Source of the DNA: the human T2T-CHM13v2.0 reference genome, Homo sapiens | DNA: 64,000 nt | Strand: one strand, 5' to 3' | Assembly: GCF_009914755.1 (NCBI RefSeq) | Contig: NC_060925.1 | In this document: positions 29,209 through 44,599 of the stretch, one piece after another | Layout of the letters: each line of letters opens with the position of its first letter | How positions within the stretch are numbered: the first letter of the stretch is position 1 | Position numbers and translations under genes: made by a program | The notes under the pieces: model-generated | What the model saw: only the letters and a program-made list of their open reading frames with translations | The model's database searches: none | What the model was told of the DNA's origin: nothing

Positions 29209-30397
29209 TTATCTGTTCCTTCATTCACCTGTAGAAATGAGAGTTATATTTTGTAATCCTTGGAGGAAAGTGCCTGGTTTCCTCATTTGGCAGCAAACTC
29301 ACCTCAGCACCTTCCACACTCTGTACACTGAGAGTGAGAAACATCAGCTTGTTGAGTGAGTAGCTGTTTAAAGGTTTAGATCCACTACTCTGTTGGCGGC
29401 TTCTCTGGGAGGCTGAGAGAAGTGCCAGAAACACCAAGTACAGTAAGGGTTGCCCTCCTCCCCCTATCCCACTGCCTTTATTCCTCTTCCCTAGGGTATC
29501 AGGAAGTCCTTTGTCCTCATGCCATTTCAGGACAAGAGGGGTTTCTTCATTCACTTCATCAGGATGATGAAATGCAGCTGCAGAGTCCTGCCATAGCTGA
29601 GGGAGGCTCCGAGGAAGGGGCATCCTCTCTCCTGGCCCTAGAAAAAAACTCCTTATAAGACAGATAAGGGGAACTGGATTAATCTTTCCAGGCAAGCCCT
29701 AAGCAGAATGTGTGCATATTCACTGAACTAGATCGTTCAGGGGGACAATGACAAGGGCTCAGTTCTCAGACCACCTGGATTATACCACCTATGTGAAATC
29801 CAGGCCCTCTCTTCAGTTCGTACAGCCATGACTAAGACAAAAAGAGAATATGCCCAAATCTCCTCCTCCCCAGTACTGCCCTCAACACGTTTTCCAAGAA
29901 CTTGATCATCTATTCTTTCAGTATGAGTTTCGGGGCTAGACAAGCTGGCTGCAAGCCCAGGTTCAACCCATCGAGGGCTTGTGGTGACCACTGCTGGACT
30001 TCTCCTCCTACTCCCTGCCCTCCAGTCACACTGGGAGTCTTGGAGTCCCTTTAAATTCGGCTCCTGTCTCACATCAGGGCTTTCCAGGCACTGCCCCAGA
30101 CACTTCACCCTACTCCTTGGCCTGGATGACTCCTGCTCATCCTTCAAAATATGCCCAAACCTCCTCTCTGATCCCTTGAGCAGAGTAGCTCCCTATTATT
30201 TATGTCCTCTTCATTCTGTTTCCTCCTGGAAACACCCATCGTAATTGGAACTGCTGCATACCCAGCACTGTCTCCGGTACGTGGCAGGCACTCAATGGCT
30301 GTTGAATGTATATATAAATGAACAGCACTGCGCATCTTACTAAATCTCTCCCAGCCTCAGTTTACTCAACTATAAAATGTGGCTAATCATACCAACC

Positions 30398-31080
<683 letters not shown>

Positions 31081-31484
31081 CCATCTCATTGGGCTGCTGT
31101 GAAGTTTACATGAATGAATGTCAACAGATAACTTAGCACCATGCTTAGAACATAGTAGGGGTTCAATAAATAGTAGCCACCATAAAAGAAGAATCTTCCC
31201 AACAGCACTGTGAAGCAAATTCCACAGGGATTCTCAGCCTCATTTGAAAGAGAGAAAAGTGAGTTCTGAAGAGGTTAAATGATTGCCTGTGACTGCCTCG
31301 TGGTCTCCATGCTGGCAAAGGAAACGCAAGGTTCCCAGGATGTCATCCTCTGCATTCCCTCCCTCAAGCAGCCCTCCTCTTCAATCAACATTCAATGACA
31401 CCTGCCTTGGGTGGGCATAATGCTAGGTGATGGAAAGAAGGATAAACTGGAGACAAGATTTTGACCTTACCGAGTGATGGCTTA

Positions 31485-31950
31485 GGTAGGTTTCCAGCTG
31501 TTTCCCCCAAATCAATTCTTTCCTCTTATGGTAATGAACCCATGACTTTTAGCTAGGCATAATGACAACCAGAATAAAGACTAAATTGCAGGTAAGTGTG
31601 GCCATCTGTTCAAGTTCTGACTAAGGGGAGGTGTGTAGAAGGGATGTGTGCAATTTCAGATCATTTCCTTAAAGAGAAAGACCATGTTTGCCTTTCCCTA
31701 TACCTTCTCCCCTTCCTCCTGGCAGGAATAAGGATGTAAGCTAACTTGGACCAGGAGGCCAAGGGCAACAACCTATTTAGGGTGACGTATCACACTAGGA
31801 GGAGGCTGGGTGCCTAAGACCACAAGGTTGCCACACCAGCCCTCTTACACCTGGACTGCTAGGTAAGAGGAGAATAAGCTTCCATCTTGTCTAAGCTTCC
31901 TTTCTTTTGGGTTTTTGTTGGAGCAGCTGAACCTGCAACCTAGCCAATTC
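31485..31950 (+). mobile_element. Old MaLR LTR, MLT1I/J-like
   Basis: Resembles recalled MLT1 motifs (cagaataaagacta, cttgtctaagc, gcagctgaacct); divergent. Confidence 0.5.
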
Positions 31951-33496
31951 AGGAGTCCATGGTCCAGCGGGTCAGTACAATATGTTGACCTCTGTGATAG
32001 AGGTATATACAAAGGTGCTTTTTTCACCTGCTCTAAGAAAAAGCATGAGCTTCCATGTGTCTAATGGACTGAAGAGTAAAATGATGATGAAGACTCTGGC
32101 AGCACATTCAGAGCAAAACCTCCAGCAACTTGAACTGAAACCTTTGTAATATCACTCACTTTCCAGCCCAGCCCTGACTGTGGACCAGAAAGCAAGAATT
32201 AGTGAGGACTCAGAGCGTGCCAGGTTCAGGTGCCCAGCACCCATTCTGTGCCTCACCCCAATGGTGCTGAAGTCCAGCCTTTCAAGTTGATTTTGAACAC
32301 TTAATAACTCTCTCACATGGGAGAAGAGTAGGTAAACAAAGTTTTGACATCTTATAAATGTTGCCATCTCTTATCTGTAGTAAAGGTACAAAGCTCTGCT
32401 TTTTATCCTTACTGCAAAAAATAAATGCTGCTGGCAGTATGTGACCTTGTTTTATCTGCTACAGTTTACAGATGTTAGAACATACATCAAAGACAGACAG
32501 ACACAGTGGAAATCTCATCAACTTGTTTTCGCATGTAAGTAGTGAAAATACACTAGCAGGAATAAAGCCTTAGCTCTAAGGTCTTATCTGATTGTGTTGG
32601 GGTGTCAAGTGCTTAACCGACATGTTTTTTTGGATTTCTTATGCCAACAAAGAAAGGAAGCAATGGAGGTGCTGAGGGGGCCTTGGCTGCAGGGACAGGC
32701 CTGTATTTCACTCTACTTCTCTAAAGGGCATCTATGCCTAGAAAAGTTTTGTCTCATTCTAGGTTTTGTGGGAGATCTCAGAGATATTCAAGAAACATTT
32801 GTTTCTGTTTTTGTTTTTTGATGTTGGTACAAAGGAGTGCAATGGTTATGCTCTTCTGCATACCATCTCTATATTAGAGATGGGACACTGGAGTATGTCA
32901 GCCACAAATCTGGTCAATGAAACACACCCAAGAACCTGTAAGATTATATGCCAGGTTCCATGGGAAGTGCACTTGACTTTCTCTCCCAAGCAGTGAGTAG
33001 ACTGAAAGTTTCCAAAGGTGGGGTTTTGTGTTACCATCTCTCTCCACGCAATTCAGCCCAGTTCAACAACCTGGCCTTACCTATCATGGATCAGGCAGAA
33101 TTCCAGTGATTCAGGGGGATAAAACAGAAGGCTAAGAGATCATCTCTATCTTCAAAGAGATGATACAGAGATGATGCTTACAATATAAGGAGACAAAATG
33201 TCCATATGTGTGTAACAGTGAAGTATAAAACAACAGTAACAAATACCAAGATATGGGAGAGGCAAGGCTAGGCAGGACTATTGAGATTTCATAGAGAAGA
33301 TGAGAATGGAGCTGGCCTTTATATGGTGAGGTGAGATAATTAAGATATACATGAAATAAATAGACAATTTTTCCAAAAAGCAGGAAAAAAAGTTGGATGG
33401 TTGGGAAGGAAGACACCTGGTTGAGCTGGGTTCACTTTCCTTTATCAACTAAACTTCTTGGTAGTCTTATTTACATTATCTCTGCTCTCTTACTCT

Positions 33497-33739
33497 GTTT
33501 TTTTTTTTTTTGAGATAGAGTCTAGCTCTGTCACCCAGGCTGGAGTGCAGTGGTGCAATCTTGGCTCACCGCAACCTCCGCCTCCTGGGTTCAAGCGGTT
33601 CTCCTACCCAGTAGCTGGGATTACAGGCACCTACCACCACATCTGGGTAATTTTTGTATATTTAGTAGAGACGGGGTGTTTCACTGTGTTGACCAAGCTG
33701 GTCTCAAACTCCTGATCTTGTGATCTGCCTGCCTCAGCT
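33497..33739 (-). mobile_element. AluS, 5'-truncated with internal deletion
   Basis: Poly-T followed by Alu reverse complement. Confidence 0.88.
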
Positions 33740-34229
33740 TGCATTCCTACTCTTAAGGAAAACTACTTTGTCCCCATTCCTGATATGTCTCTCCATGGTA
33801 AGGTGGTTTCAGCTGCATCATGTTCTGAATCTTCACCTGACTGATAGGTTTGCAGGGAGAACAAACTCATGTGTAGACCAGCCCTTTGCTCTCTCCTCGG
33901 GAATGAACTGCCTGTAGGAAGGATGTTCTTTCTGTCCTCCTCTGCCATAAGATTTATGGAGCAGACCCGCATAGGAAGAGGGTTGTGCTGGTCATCATCA
34001 CAAGGTGGGTCTAATTCTGGGTCTCAATATTAAGAAGACTTCTTGGATGCAAATATAAAGCACATTCTCTAATATTAGGTTTATCTGGAAAATAAAAGGT
34101 GATGCCTTGACCTGTACCCGTCATACTTATTTTCTCTCTTGGTTCAGAACTCTTGGGGGAATCTATGCAATTTATTAAGCACCCCTGAACCCAATACCCA
34201 TCCCTCTTCATTTCTCAGGCTACTTTAAT

Positions 34230-35650
34230 CTTGCTCCTCACCCCCATACTCCACTAATGCTACTCTCACCATAGTCAATAACTCCTTTGCTGATAAATCT
34301 AAAGGACACTTTGTAGTTCTCAATGAATCATACCTCTTTGATTCTAGCACACACGTACGGTGTTTAGCATTTTTATCTCTGAAATCAAAATGTGCCAGTT
34401 TACCTGGCAGCACTGATTCTTAATGGGCCATAAAATATTAATGTGTTTTACAATCCATGACATTGTCTATTTCGTGAACTATAGTTCTGTAACACTTGAA
34501 AATGACCATTTGTCATACTCCCTTACGACCCCTCCCCCACCACACACCTTGACTTCTGTTATATCCCTCTCTCCTGGTCTCTCCTCCTTTTCTGGAAATC
34601 CATCTCGGGCTCCTATAAATTGGTATTCCTTGGGGCTGTGTTCTAGACTTTGTTGCTTCTTTCTCTCCCTCGTTTCCCTGGGTGTTCTCAGCCTCTCCCC
34701 TGGCTTCAATTGCCACCTAGACCATGATGTTCCCTAGATTTTCACCTCAAGCCTTGATCTTTCTTCTGAGTCCAGAATCTCCCACTGGCTACTTTCACTC
34801 AGCTCAAACCCACAGATCTAAAAATGGAACTGGTCCTCCTTCCTGGGAAACCTGCCCATCATCCAGTGTTGCCCATCCCAGTGAAGTCATCCAAGTCATT
34901 CCAGGCTTTTTTCTCCTGCTCATCTTCATATCCAAAATAGATGGCCAAGCTCTGAAAATTTCATACATAAAATACCTCTTGGATCTATTTTTCTTCATTT
35001 CCACAGCCATTTAAGTCAGGTTAGGCTACTGTCATCTCTCAGCATGCTCCCTGCCTTTTATCTTGGCTTTTTCTACTCCATTCTCCACACAGCTGCCAGG
35101 ATGATTTTTCTAAACACAGATGAGTTTCTGTCATTCTTCTGCTTTAAAATCCTCACTGGCTCTCCATTACCCTCAGTCCAAATTCCCTAACAAGTCTCAA
35201 GGCCTTGCTCACCTGTTCTACCCTCTTGAGAATGCTATGCTCCAGGTATTTGGAACTACTTTTTTTTTTTTTCCCAGATGTGTCTCCAAAACCTTTGCAG
35301 ATGCTTCTCCCTATTCCTGGAACACTTACTCTCTAATCTCCCTTTGCAACCCCCCACAGCCACTGCTGTCCCTGGTGGAATTCAGCTCAGACATCAGCTC
35401 TCTCAGGAAGCCATCCTTGACTTCTCATAGCCGCTGGATTAGATGCCTGTCATATAAGCTCCCACAGCATCCTGTTCTTAGTCCTATTACAGCTCTTGGC
35501 TCTATGTTATAAAATGCATATTTACTTGGCTGTTTCCTGGCTGAGAAGGTTGGCTTTATGAGAGGTGTATCTGTTTGGCCCACTGTTTGTATTTCCAACC
35601 TCTAGCACTGTACCTGATGCGTTTCACATCAATGAAAGCATGCGTTTGAA
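34230..35650 (+). mobile_element. L2 3' portion, degenerate
   Basis: Pyrimidine-rich L2 motifs (ctccacacagctgccaggatgatttttctaaac, cagctcagacatcagctctctcaggaagcc); limits approximate. Confidence 0.6.
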
Positions 35651-36729
35651 CAGAACAATGTTAAGTTAGTCCAGGATATGAAAGACTTAGAATGTCTTAG
35701 GCTGGATGACTTTGAGGAGAAGATAGGTCCCCAGTCCAAGTGCAAGAACCTGGGTATCCTTAGGCAGCTACAATGTCGGCCTCACTCAAGAAGAAGGAAT
35801 TTGCTGACCTGCTCAGAAACACTCCTGTAATTCACTATAATTCAGTTTAATGATAAGCTGAAAATTTACAGACTAATTTAAAAAGAATTAAAGATAATGC
35901 ATGTTAGAAATTACTCTGTGACATAAATCTGTCCCTAAAAGTATTAAAACTTCACCCAAATATGGGTCAACAGCCTTCCTTGTGGGGACTATGCTGATCA
36001 TGAGAAATCAAGGCTGGCATCTCTGTCTGAATGGGGACTCAGCCATAAATGGTTAAGTTAAAGCAATGGTTTGGAAACTTCATGACAATTCTCCTTCTGT
36101 TCTTCATTACTGCAATTAGATAAAATTAAATTAGCCAAATCTCTCCACCAAGCAAACAGAACACAAATCTTCCACTGAAAGCAGGTGATAATTTTCCAAG
36201 ATTGCTATGGATGAGAACATTGTTTTTTCCCCCTTCTGATTATTTATAAAAGAATATAAGTGCGTTAGAGAAAATAACTGAAATATGTTGAAAAATGGAC
36301 AATAAAAATTACAAATAAGTCTACTGTCCAGAAAACTTCAGTTAACATTTTGGTATACTTTCCATCTTTCTTTTACTCATATATGCATTTTGATCTAGTT
36401 AAGGTTACTCTATATATAGCTATATATTCTGCTTTTATCCCACTTAAAGTTATATTTGAAACATTTTGCATGCCAGTAAAACTTCTTCATATCATTATCA
36501 TAACAACTGCCTTAATTTACCACAATTTATGATTCAACCAATCCCTCTGTCTAGACACTATAAAGTTATGAAAATTTCCTTTAGAAAGATCAATAAACTT
36601 TCCTAGCTGCCAGTGTCTTCGGGGACTGTAAACCAATTTTTAAAATTACTTAAGCAAACACAGAATTAGGAAAGAGAACTGGTCTCCGCCTCCACCCTCT
36701 CTCAATCAGGTAATGTGTGCACTACCTGA

Positions 36730-37091
<362 letters not shown>

Positions 37092-38006
37092 TATAGCTTC
37101 TTTCTAAAAGTGCGGACTTAGTTTAATTGCTTCAGATGGAACAGCTGTATGAGTATTAATGCTTGGTTGGAGTGTTTAGGGTGACACTGACACATAGCCT
37201 TCTCCCTCTGTGCTAAGCATGAGCAAACAACATTATTATATGGCAAGTGGCAGCAATATTTACCTAGCAACTTCAAGTCCCTGGAGCAATGTGGAGCAAT
37301 GCACCACAGTGATGGCAGTGCAGTGGGGTACCCCCTCCTCTCCATACTCAGCTTACAAGAATCTTGGGAAGCATCTCTGTGAAGGATTTAGCTTCTCCAA
37401 ACCTCTAAAATAATGAGGGTTTATAGAAAGTTATTGTTGTTTTTGTTGTTGCTTTAGATCTTTGTCAGATAAGCCATTCTGTCTTCATTGCCTGGCCATC
37501 CTCCTTTCCAAGAATGCTTAGAGGGAGGGGTTGGGTACTAGATGCAAAAGTAAATGCCACTTTTTTTCTGATCGAATTGGTAAATAACAAAAATAATGCT
37601 GTCAAGACATCTATATGAAAAATAATATCATTCTTCTAAATTATATCCTAATAACCAACAAATGTGAAATTTGAAATAATGTTGACTCTCTCAATACCCC
37701 TTTGAAAATTAAAACAACATTTTTTTCCACATTTGGAAAGTAGCATATACTCTTAAAGACAACTTGAAAGACAAATATTTAAAAAAATTAAAATATCCTA
37801 AAGCCTCACAAACAAGACATGCACTATAACATGTTAGTGAAAACACTTATGGGCTTTTATCTATGAATCAATGTTTTTCCCTCACATAACTGAGATCATA
37901 TTGCATTTTAAAAATTGTATTTTACTTACTTTGCTTATCATAAGAATTTCTAGTATCGTTTAAAATTTCTTGTGAGTATTGTGAATGGCTATACTCCCAT
38001 TTCTTT

Positions 38007-38181
38007 CTCTTTTTAGAGACAGGGTCTTGCTATGATGCCTAGGCTGGAGTGCAGTAGCTATTCACAGGTGTGATCACGGTGCACTACAGCCTCAAAGTCC
38101 TAGGCTCAAGTGATCCTCAGCCTTCTGAGGCCTCAGCCTCCTGAGTAGCTGGGGCCATGGGCAGAAGCCACCACACCTGGC
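38007..38181 (-). mobile_element. FAM-like fossil Alu monomer
   Basis: Monomer retaining the 7SL-type segment gctattcacaggtgtgatc; decayed TSD tcccatttcttt / tcccaattcttt. Confidence 0.75.
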
Positions 38182-38597
38182 TTTCCCAATTCTTTTCAAA
38201 TGCTCTGAAACACTTGGTCATTTAGAAAACTATTCCTATGTTCTATCTGTGTCTTTTTAAAATATACATTTCATATTTCTTCCTCTAAATCCTAAATTCC
38301 TGTCTTGAGCCCTGGTTTCTTTTCCTGATTCCAGACCCACAGGGTCCAAGTCCCTGCTGGACTCTCCACTTGGATACCCTATTGGCCATTAAATGCAACA
38401 ATGTAACAAGTCAAAATGAAGCTCACCGTTATCTCTCTCACCACCACTTCCTCCTGACTTGATCTTCTACCACTGATGCCTCCATTTCCCCACTCATCAG
38501 AATCGCCTCTCTTGCTTTCCTGTCTTTGCTCCCCACATCCTGCTTACAACCTTACAGACTCTGCTTCATGATGCTTTATCCACCTTTCCCTCCCAAC

Positions 38598-38785
38598 TAC
38601 AGTTGGCAGATTTAGCAAATAAAAATACAAGATACCCAGTTAAAATAGAATTTCAGATAAATGAATAATTTCACTCATGAGCATATCCCATGAAACATTT
38701 GGGTAAAATTTATACTAGAAACTATGTATTGTTTACGTGACATTCAAATTAAACTGGGCATGTGGTGTTGTATTTGGCAGCCCTA
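38598..38785. mobile_element. MER53-like palindromic hAT MITE
   Basis: cagatttagcaaataaaaatacaagatacccagttaaa...ttcaaattaaactgggc...tggcagcccta; halves are complementary. Confidence 0.8.
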
Positions 38786-39384
38786 CTCCTGTCTCCATTT
38801 TTACTGCCTGCATCTTAACACTCCTTACTTCTACTGTAAGCCATAGTTACCTACCAGCCTCCTGGTCTCTCCGTTCAATCCATTAATCTTTACAAATCAC
38901 ATCTGTAATAGTGCCATGCTTTACTCACCACCTTCAGTGGTTTCCACTGCTGAGTTCCTCATGCTGACCTTTAAACTCATCCATAGACTAGCCCTGATAC
39001 GCTTCCCAAGCCCCATATCCCACTGCTGCCCCGCAGGGCTCTCAGCTACAGCTCAAGTAGCTGTCTTGTGGTTATGAAACACCCCTGACACTTTCCTTCC
39101 CTAGGCCTCAGCTCACATCATCTTTTCCATTTAGAATGCCCTACCTCAACTGTCCAAACCTTGACTCCATTCTCACAGAGCTACTACTCTAGGCCTCTTA
39201 TACAGATCACTGGGAAGTTGACCCTACCATGTGGTATGTCAAAAAAGTGAAGAATTGGTCATTTCTTGTGGTTTAGGTTAATGTAATAAAAGGTCTCCCA
39301 CTCAGTGCATCCCTGCCTTAGTTTCTTCCTCACGTTCATCATCTCACCCCATTCCACAAAAAACATCAAGCGGTGACTGCCTAA

Positions 39385-39541
39385 AGCAATGTTTCTCAAA
39401 GTGCAGTCCTCCAACCACATGCGTGGAATCAACTCTGGGGCTAGGGCTATAGATTCAGAACCTGTGGGGAACAACTGGGGCTTGGCATGATGCACAAGTT
39501 TCCCAGCTGAGTTTTGTGTCCACTATAGTTGAGAACCACTG
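39385..39541. mobile_element. MER5-like hAT MITE
   Basis: caatgtttctcaaagtg...gttgagaaccactg terminal repeats. Confidence 0.7.
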
Positions 39542-41359
39542 GCCTCATGGAAAGGTTGCTCAGTCTACTTTACTCATGCTGGTCCCTGAACATGCCACAT
39601 GCATTTCCATGTATTCTCTAATACCTCTGGAGGCCCGTGCTATACTTTCCACTTTCAGACTCAGACTACGAAACTCCTACTTGTCCTTCCAAGCCCAGTT
39701 CAACTTCTACCTCCTCCATGAACATTTCCCTGCTCACTCCAAGAAGTCTATAGAAAAAGGTACCCACGTTACTTATTGTCACTAGCCATGCATTTGTCTC
39801 ACCACATGTAACAGAACATTCCTCCAAGACAAGGATTTTCTTTATACCCCCAAAGAGATTAAGACCATGTTATGCTCTGGTGATTGCTAAATAAATAGAT
39901 GCCGCAGTAATATCCAAATAAGGTCAATGAACACAAGGAAGCTAACTAAGCAAAAATGAGAGTACCTTCCAAATTAGGAACTGTGACAAGGAGGTGTCCT
40001 TCTAAAAAAAATAAATAAATAAAATAAAGAATATTTCATCCATGAACAAGCATTTATGCCTTTATGTACGTATAAGTCCTAACTCAGTAGTGACAGGACT
40101 GCAAGTAAGATCCATGCCATGGGAACTGGGGCCTGCTCATCAATCTTCCCCATGGCTCTTCCCATCTTCTTTCCTCCTCCACTTCCTCCTCCTCTGGCCC
40201 TGTTGACTTCTCCAGTCACTTTCAGAAACTATTCCCTCTCCTTACCTCCTACTTCCCAGAGGTTCTCCCTCCCCTGATATCTCTGGACTCTGGCTCTCCT
40301 TCTACTTCTTTATTCAGGGGCTCACCATTTTTCCTGAGCCTCTCTGCTAGTCTCCATGCCTCTGTATTTGTGGAACCCAAATCTTCCTGTCAACCCCCTT
40401 TCTAAAACTCTCTCTGGGTCCTTATCCCCACAAGATAGTCTTACTCCGGACTGTGAGGCTCTTCAAAGCCTAACCTCTGCCTTCCTTTCAATTGCATTCC
40501 ATTCAGAAAATAGCCTCTGGTGCTTTCTTTCCATGTGCTAGGTGCTGGAGATAAGAAATCAAAGAGTCTGGGGCTCACAGGAGAGTGGGAAGTAAACATG
40601 CAATTGATGCAGTGTGATAGGCTTAATAGAAACAGAGGAGGCCTTTGAAGACTCTTAACCAGCTAGTGGCAACTCCAGTAAGGAGTTAAGAGTAGAACCA
40701 GGACTAGAGTTAAATCTCTAGCTTCAGGACTCTTCACTGCTTGATGCAGCCTGGCCAAAATACTTGTTTGCCCCAAGAAAATTAAAAAAAAAAAATCCAC
40801 AAAACAGGAAAACACAAGATGATCCATAAAGAAAACATAAATTGAGTATTAAAATGCAAAACCCATAAACATTACTAAGGGGACACTAAATCACAGTGAA
40901 AGGAGATCATATAAATATCGTACTTATAAGATAGAAATGCAGGGAGATACTTAACACACTTATGCACAGCCCTGATGCTAGTCCATGACTCATCTATGTT
41001 GGTGAGTCACACAGTAACACAGAATACCAAGATAACTACTTATATGCAGATGCTACTAGTACTACTTGGATAGGGGAAAAATGGTATCTCTACCTTTTAA
41101 TACTGATTTCTATAAAAAATTAAAAGAAAATTACTTTTTAAAATCTAATGAATAAAATGCACATGTGAAAATCTCGAATTTATTTCAAGAAGCCAAGAAA
41201 CTAGATTTGAGAAGCCATTAAGTGATTTCTAAGAGAATTCCAAAAGGATATAAGAAGGATTTCATGCAAAATTAAGGCAGAGAGAACAGCAAAGGGAAAG
41301 ATCATAAGAGATTTCTGATATGTTCTCTGTCCTCAGAGAACATCATCTAGGTTTCTGGG

Positions 41360-41596
41360 ACCACGTTTCAAACTGCAGACTGTGATCAGGTCAGGAAAAC
41401 AATTTAGTGGGTCATGATGGTCATTTTTTTAATGAAAGAGAACATTATCTAATAGAAAATACCAGGTTGCAACTCACATAGCAAGAGAAGTATCAAATTC
41501 TGTGTATAACTGTGTGTGCACTTGTATATGTATTCATTTGCAATGTAATATACATTTCATATGGCAGGTTCCAGTCACAAAAGTTTGAAAAACACT
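41360..41596. mobile_element. hAT-Charlie non-autonomous element, family uncertain
   Basis: tttcaaact...aagtttgaaaaacact ends with internal aatttagtgggtcatga. Confidence 0.55.
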
Positions 41597-43205
41597 CTTC
41601 TTTAAAATACTTTCCTTAGAAGGGCTTTATTTTTAACACAAACTAAACACACTCAGTTATGAGTACTGACCCTTTTCTTCGTTCTTGGCATCTGTGCTAA
41701 AATTAAACAGAGAATGTGAGTGGAATATTAGAACTGGAAGAAAGAGGCCAATTAGCAGAATGTAAATGAGTGAACTGATAATAAGAGAACAAAGAGCAAG
41801 ACAATGAGATGAATGAGCTCTGGCGTTTTTTTCTAAAGGCTCTTGCTTGTGATAACTAAGGATTACTTGCATATTTTCTGTCCTCTTTAAAGCAATGGAT
41901 ATACAGTAGCTGCTCAATAATTGCTCATCCAATGATCCTCTAGAATACCTGCATTCTTTCTATGGCAATGCGAATCATGCAGAGTGATGGCTGTCTTTCC
42001 ACTGTCAGCCCCCTCCACTTACAGGAGGCTGGACTAATGTTTGGTCCACTGCTATATCCCCACCCCTATGACAGTGCCTGGCAGATAGCAGGTGTTCAAT
42101 GCATTTTGGTTGGATTGTACTGAAGGGCATCAACAGACAATATAGTTATAATACCCATTTGATGCTTGAACCCCCTTGCAAGAACAAACTGATTTCAGTC
42201 CATTGACCAAAAGATATGCTAATTATAGAAAAACAACAAGAACAAAACTCTGAATTTAAGTTTCCAGGGAGCAAACAGCTTAGAATCACTTATGCCTCTT
42301 TGTCCAGAGCTCAGGTTGATTCAAAGGACGTGTCTCGACCTTTTAGAGAATAAGAGCCCCATGAAATCTGATAAGTTATTTAGAATATTGAGCTTGGACC
42401 TACTTTACAGACTCAATCTGGCTCCTAGAGACAAAGTGGAGAAGCTTTTTCTAGTGTAGACAGCTTGAAGGCAACAACCACTTTGAATCCAAAGCTGCTG
42501 AGCTATTTGAGAGATCCTGTCCACATTGCTAACTAGAGCAGGCAGAATGCCTGGGAGGGCCCCAAGTAGAGGCCCTCTAGATTTAGAGACGCAGTCAACA
42601 AGGTCAAGTAATTCAACAATAAATCAAGCCCTGGTTTCTTCCTCACAAGAAGCCCAGGATGAAAGGAAATGAGAAGGGGCTAGGAAGCTGTTTGTCTTCC
42701 CCACCCCTCTTCAGCTCCATCATGCCTCTATGCCTAAGTCTAGGTGTTCAAACCAACTCCTAGTAATGCAGCTGTGTGTGGTGAGTCATGAAGGGATGCC
42801 CTGAGCATGGAAAGGCATATGGTAAGTTATGAGTGAGAAGATGAGTGAAAAATGCCCTTATCAAAGGGTTAAGTCAAATCCAAATTTAAAGGATTGTTCA
42901 CTAGTTAATAGGTGCTCATCTCAGCCAGGCAAACATAAAAACGTGGCTATGACCACCAGTAGAATTTCCTCCTTATCAAGGAAACTGATGAGTATTAAAG
43001 GTAGTGAAAAATGCTCTTTCATATCAGATATACTAAAGCAATGGTTTTTGCCTTTATGAGTCCTATTTATACACAGTTGAATCTCACTTCTCTGTGATAA
43101 GGGGGCAAGGAACAGAGTAACTCTGGTCTGCAGGGTTCAGTGGATACCATGGAATCTAGAACACTTATTTTGGCAAACAGTTTCAGCCTCCATTCCCCAC
43201 CCAAT

Positions 43206-43537
43206 TTCTTTTTGCTTGTTTTTGTTGTTGTTGTTGTTGTTGTTTGTTTGTTTGTTTTGTGAGACAGGGTCTCCTTCTGTCACTCAGGCCTCAGGCTAGA
43301 GTGCAGTGATGTGATCATGTCTCACTGCAACCTCCGCTTCTGATCCTCCCACCTAAGTCTCCTGAGTAGCTGGGACCACAAGCATATACCACCATGCCCA
43401 TCTAATTTTTGTATTTTTTGTGGACACAGGGTTTTGCCATGTTGCCCAGGTTGGTCTCAAATTCGTGGACCCAAGAGATCCACCCGTCTCAGCCTCCTGA
43501 AGTGCTGGGATTACAGGTATGAGCCACTGCACCCGAC
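43206..43537 (-). mobile_element. AluJ-like with (TTG)n/(TTTG)n tail
   Basis: gagacagggtctc, gatcctcccacct, ctgggaccaca diagnostics. Confidence 0.85.
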
Positions 43538-43932
43538 CACCCCACCCAGTTTCTATCCCACTCTCCCTTTGACCATCTGCCAGTGTATGCTGAAGGAATA
43601 TAAATCATCCTTGGGTTAACCTAAGCCAAATGTAATCAAGAGAGTCAGTTGGCTTAGGACCAAAAAACAAGAAGGAAGCTACATATTGTGTGCTCCAAAG
43701 TCAAGCAGGAATAAAGTTGGGGCTTTTCTTTTTCTTTCTTTCTTTCTTTTTTAAAATAATACTATCTATGTCTCTATGTAGTTTGAATCTCAATTCTAAC
43801 TTCAGAGTAACTTAATCTCCTCCAGCCTCAGTTTTCTAATAAATCATTTGTAAAAGATAAAACACATGTCTGCAATCTCTACCAGTACCTGGCAACTTAA
43901 TGGGCTAGCATACTACGTTAATTATCATCAGA

Positions 43933-44286
<354 letters not shown>

Positions 44287-44299
44287 TTACAAAATGGAT

Positions 44300-44530
44300 T
44301 GAAGCAGAGGTTTTGGAGTCAGAGGGACTCTGGAATGCTGATTCCATGGACCTCATCAGCCATGAGGAAATTTCCTTAATCTCTTTGAACTTTAATTCTC
44401 TCATCTACAAAATGGGGATAATAAAACCATTTCATAGGGTTACTGTAAGTTTAAAATGAGTATCTGTGTGTCAAATGCTGTGTCAAATGGCACAGAGTAG
44501 ATGACCATAAATGATAGCTATTATTATGAC
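44300..44530 (+). mobile_element. MIR
   Basis: ttctctcatctacaaaatggggataataa...catagggttactgtaag core. Confidence 0.75.
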
Positions 44531-44599
44531 GATGGCTTGCCCCTTTAAAGATATACCACCAATAAAGACCTGTTGTCTAGCTAGCTGAGAAAACTAGAC

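Noticed and set aside
29225-30147. 156-aa and 136-aa minus-strand ORFs
   Set aside because: No recognisable domain or convincing splice context; the EAG protein is already continuous across exons 9-10.
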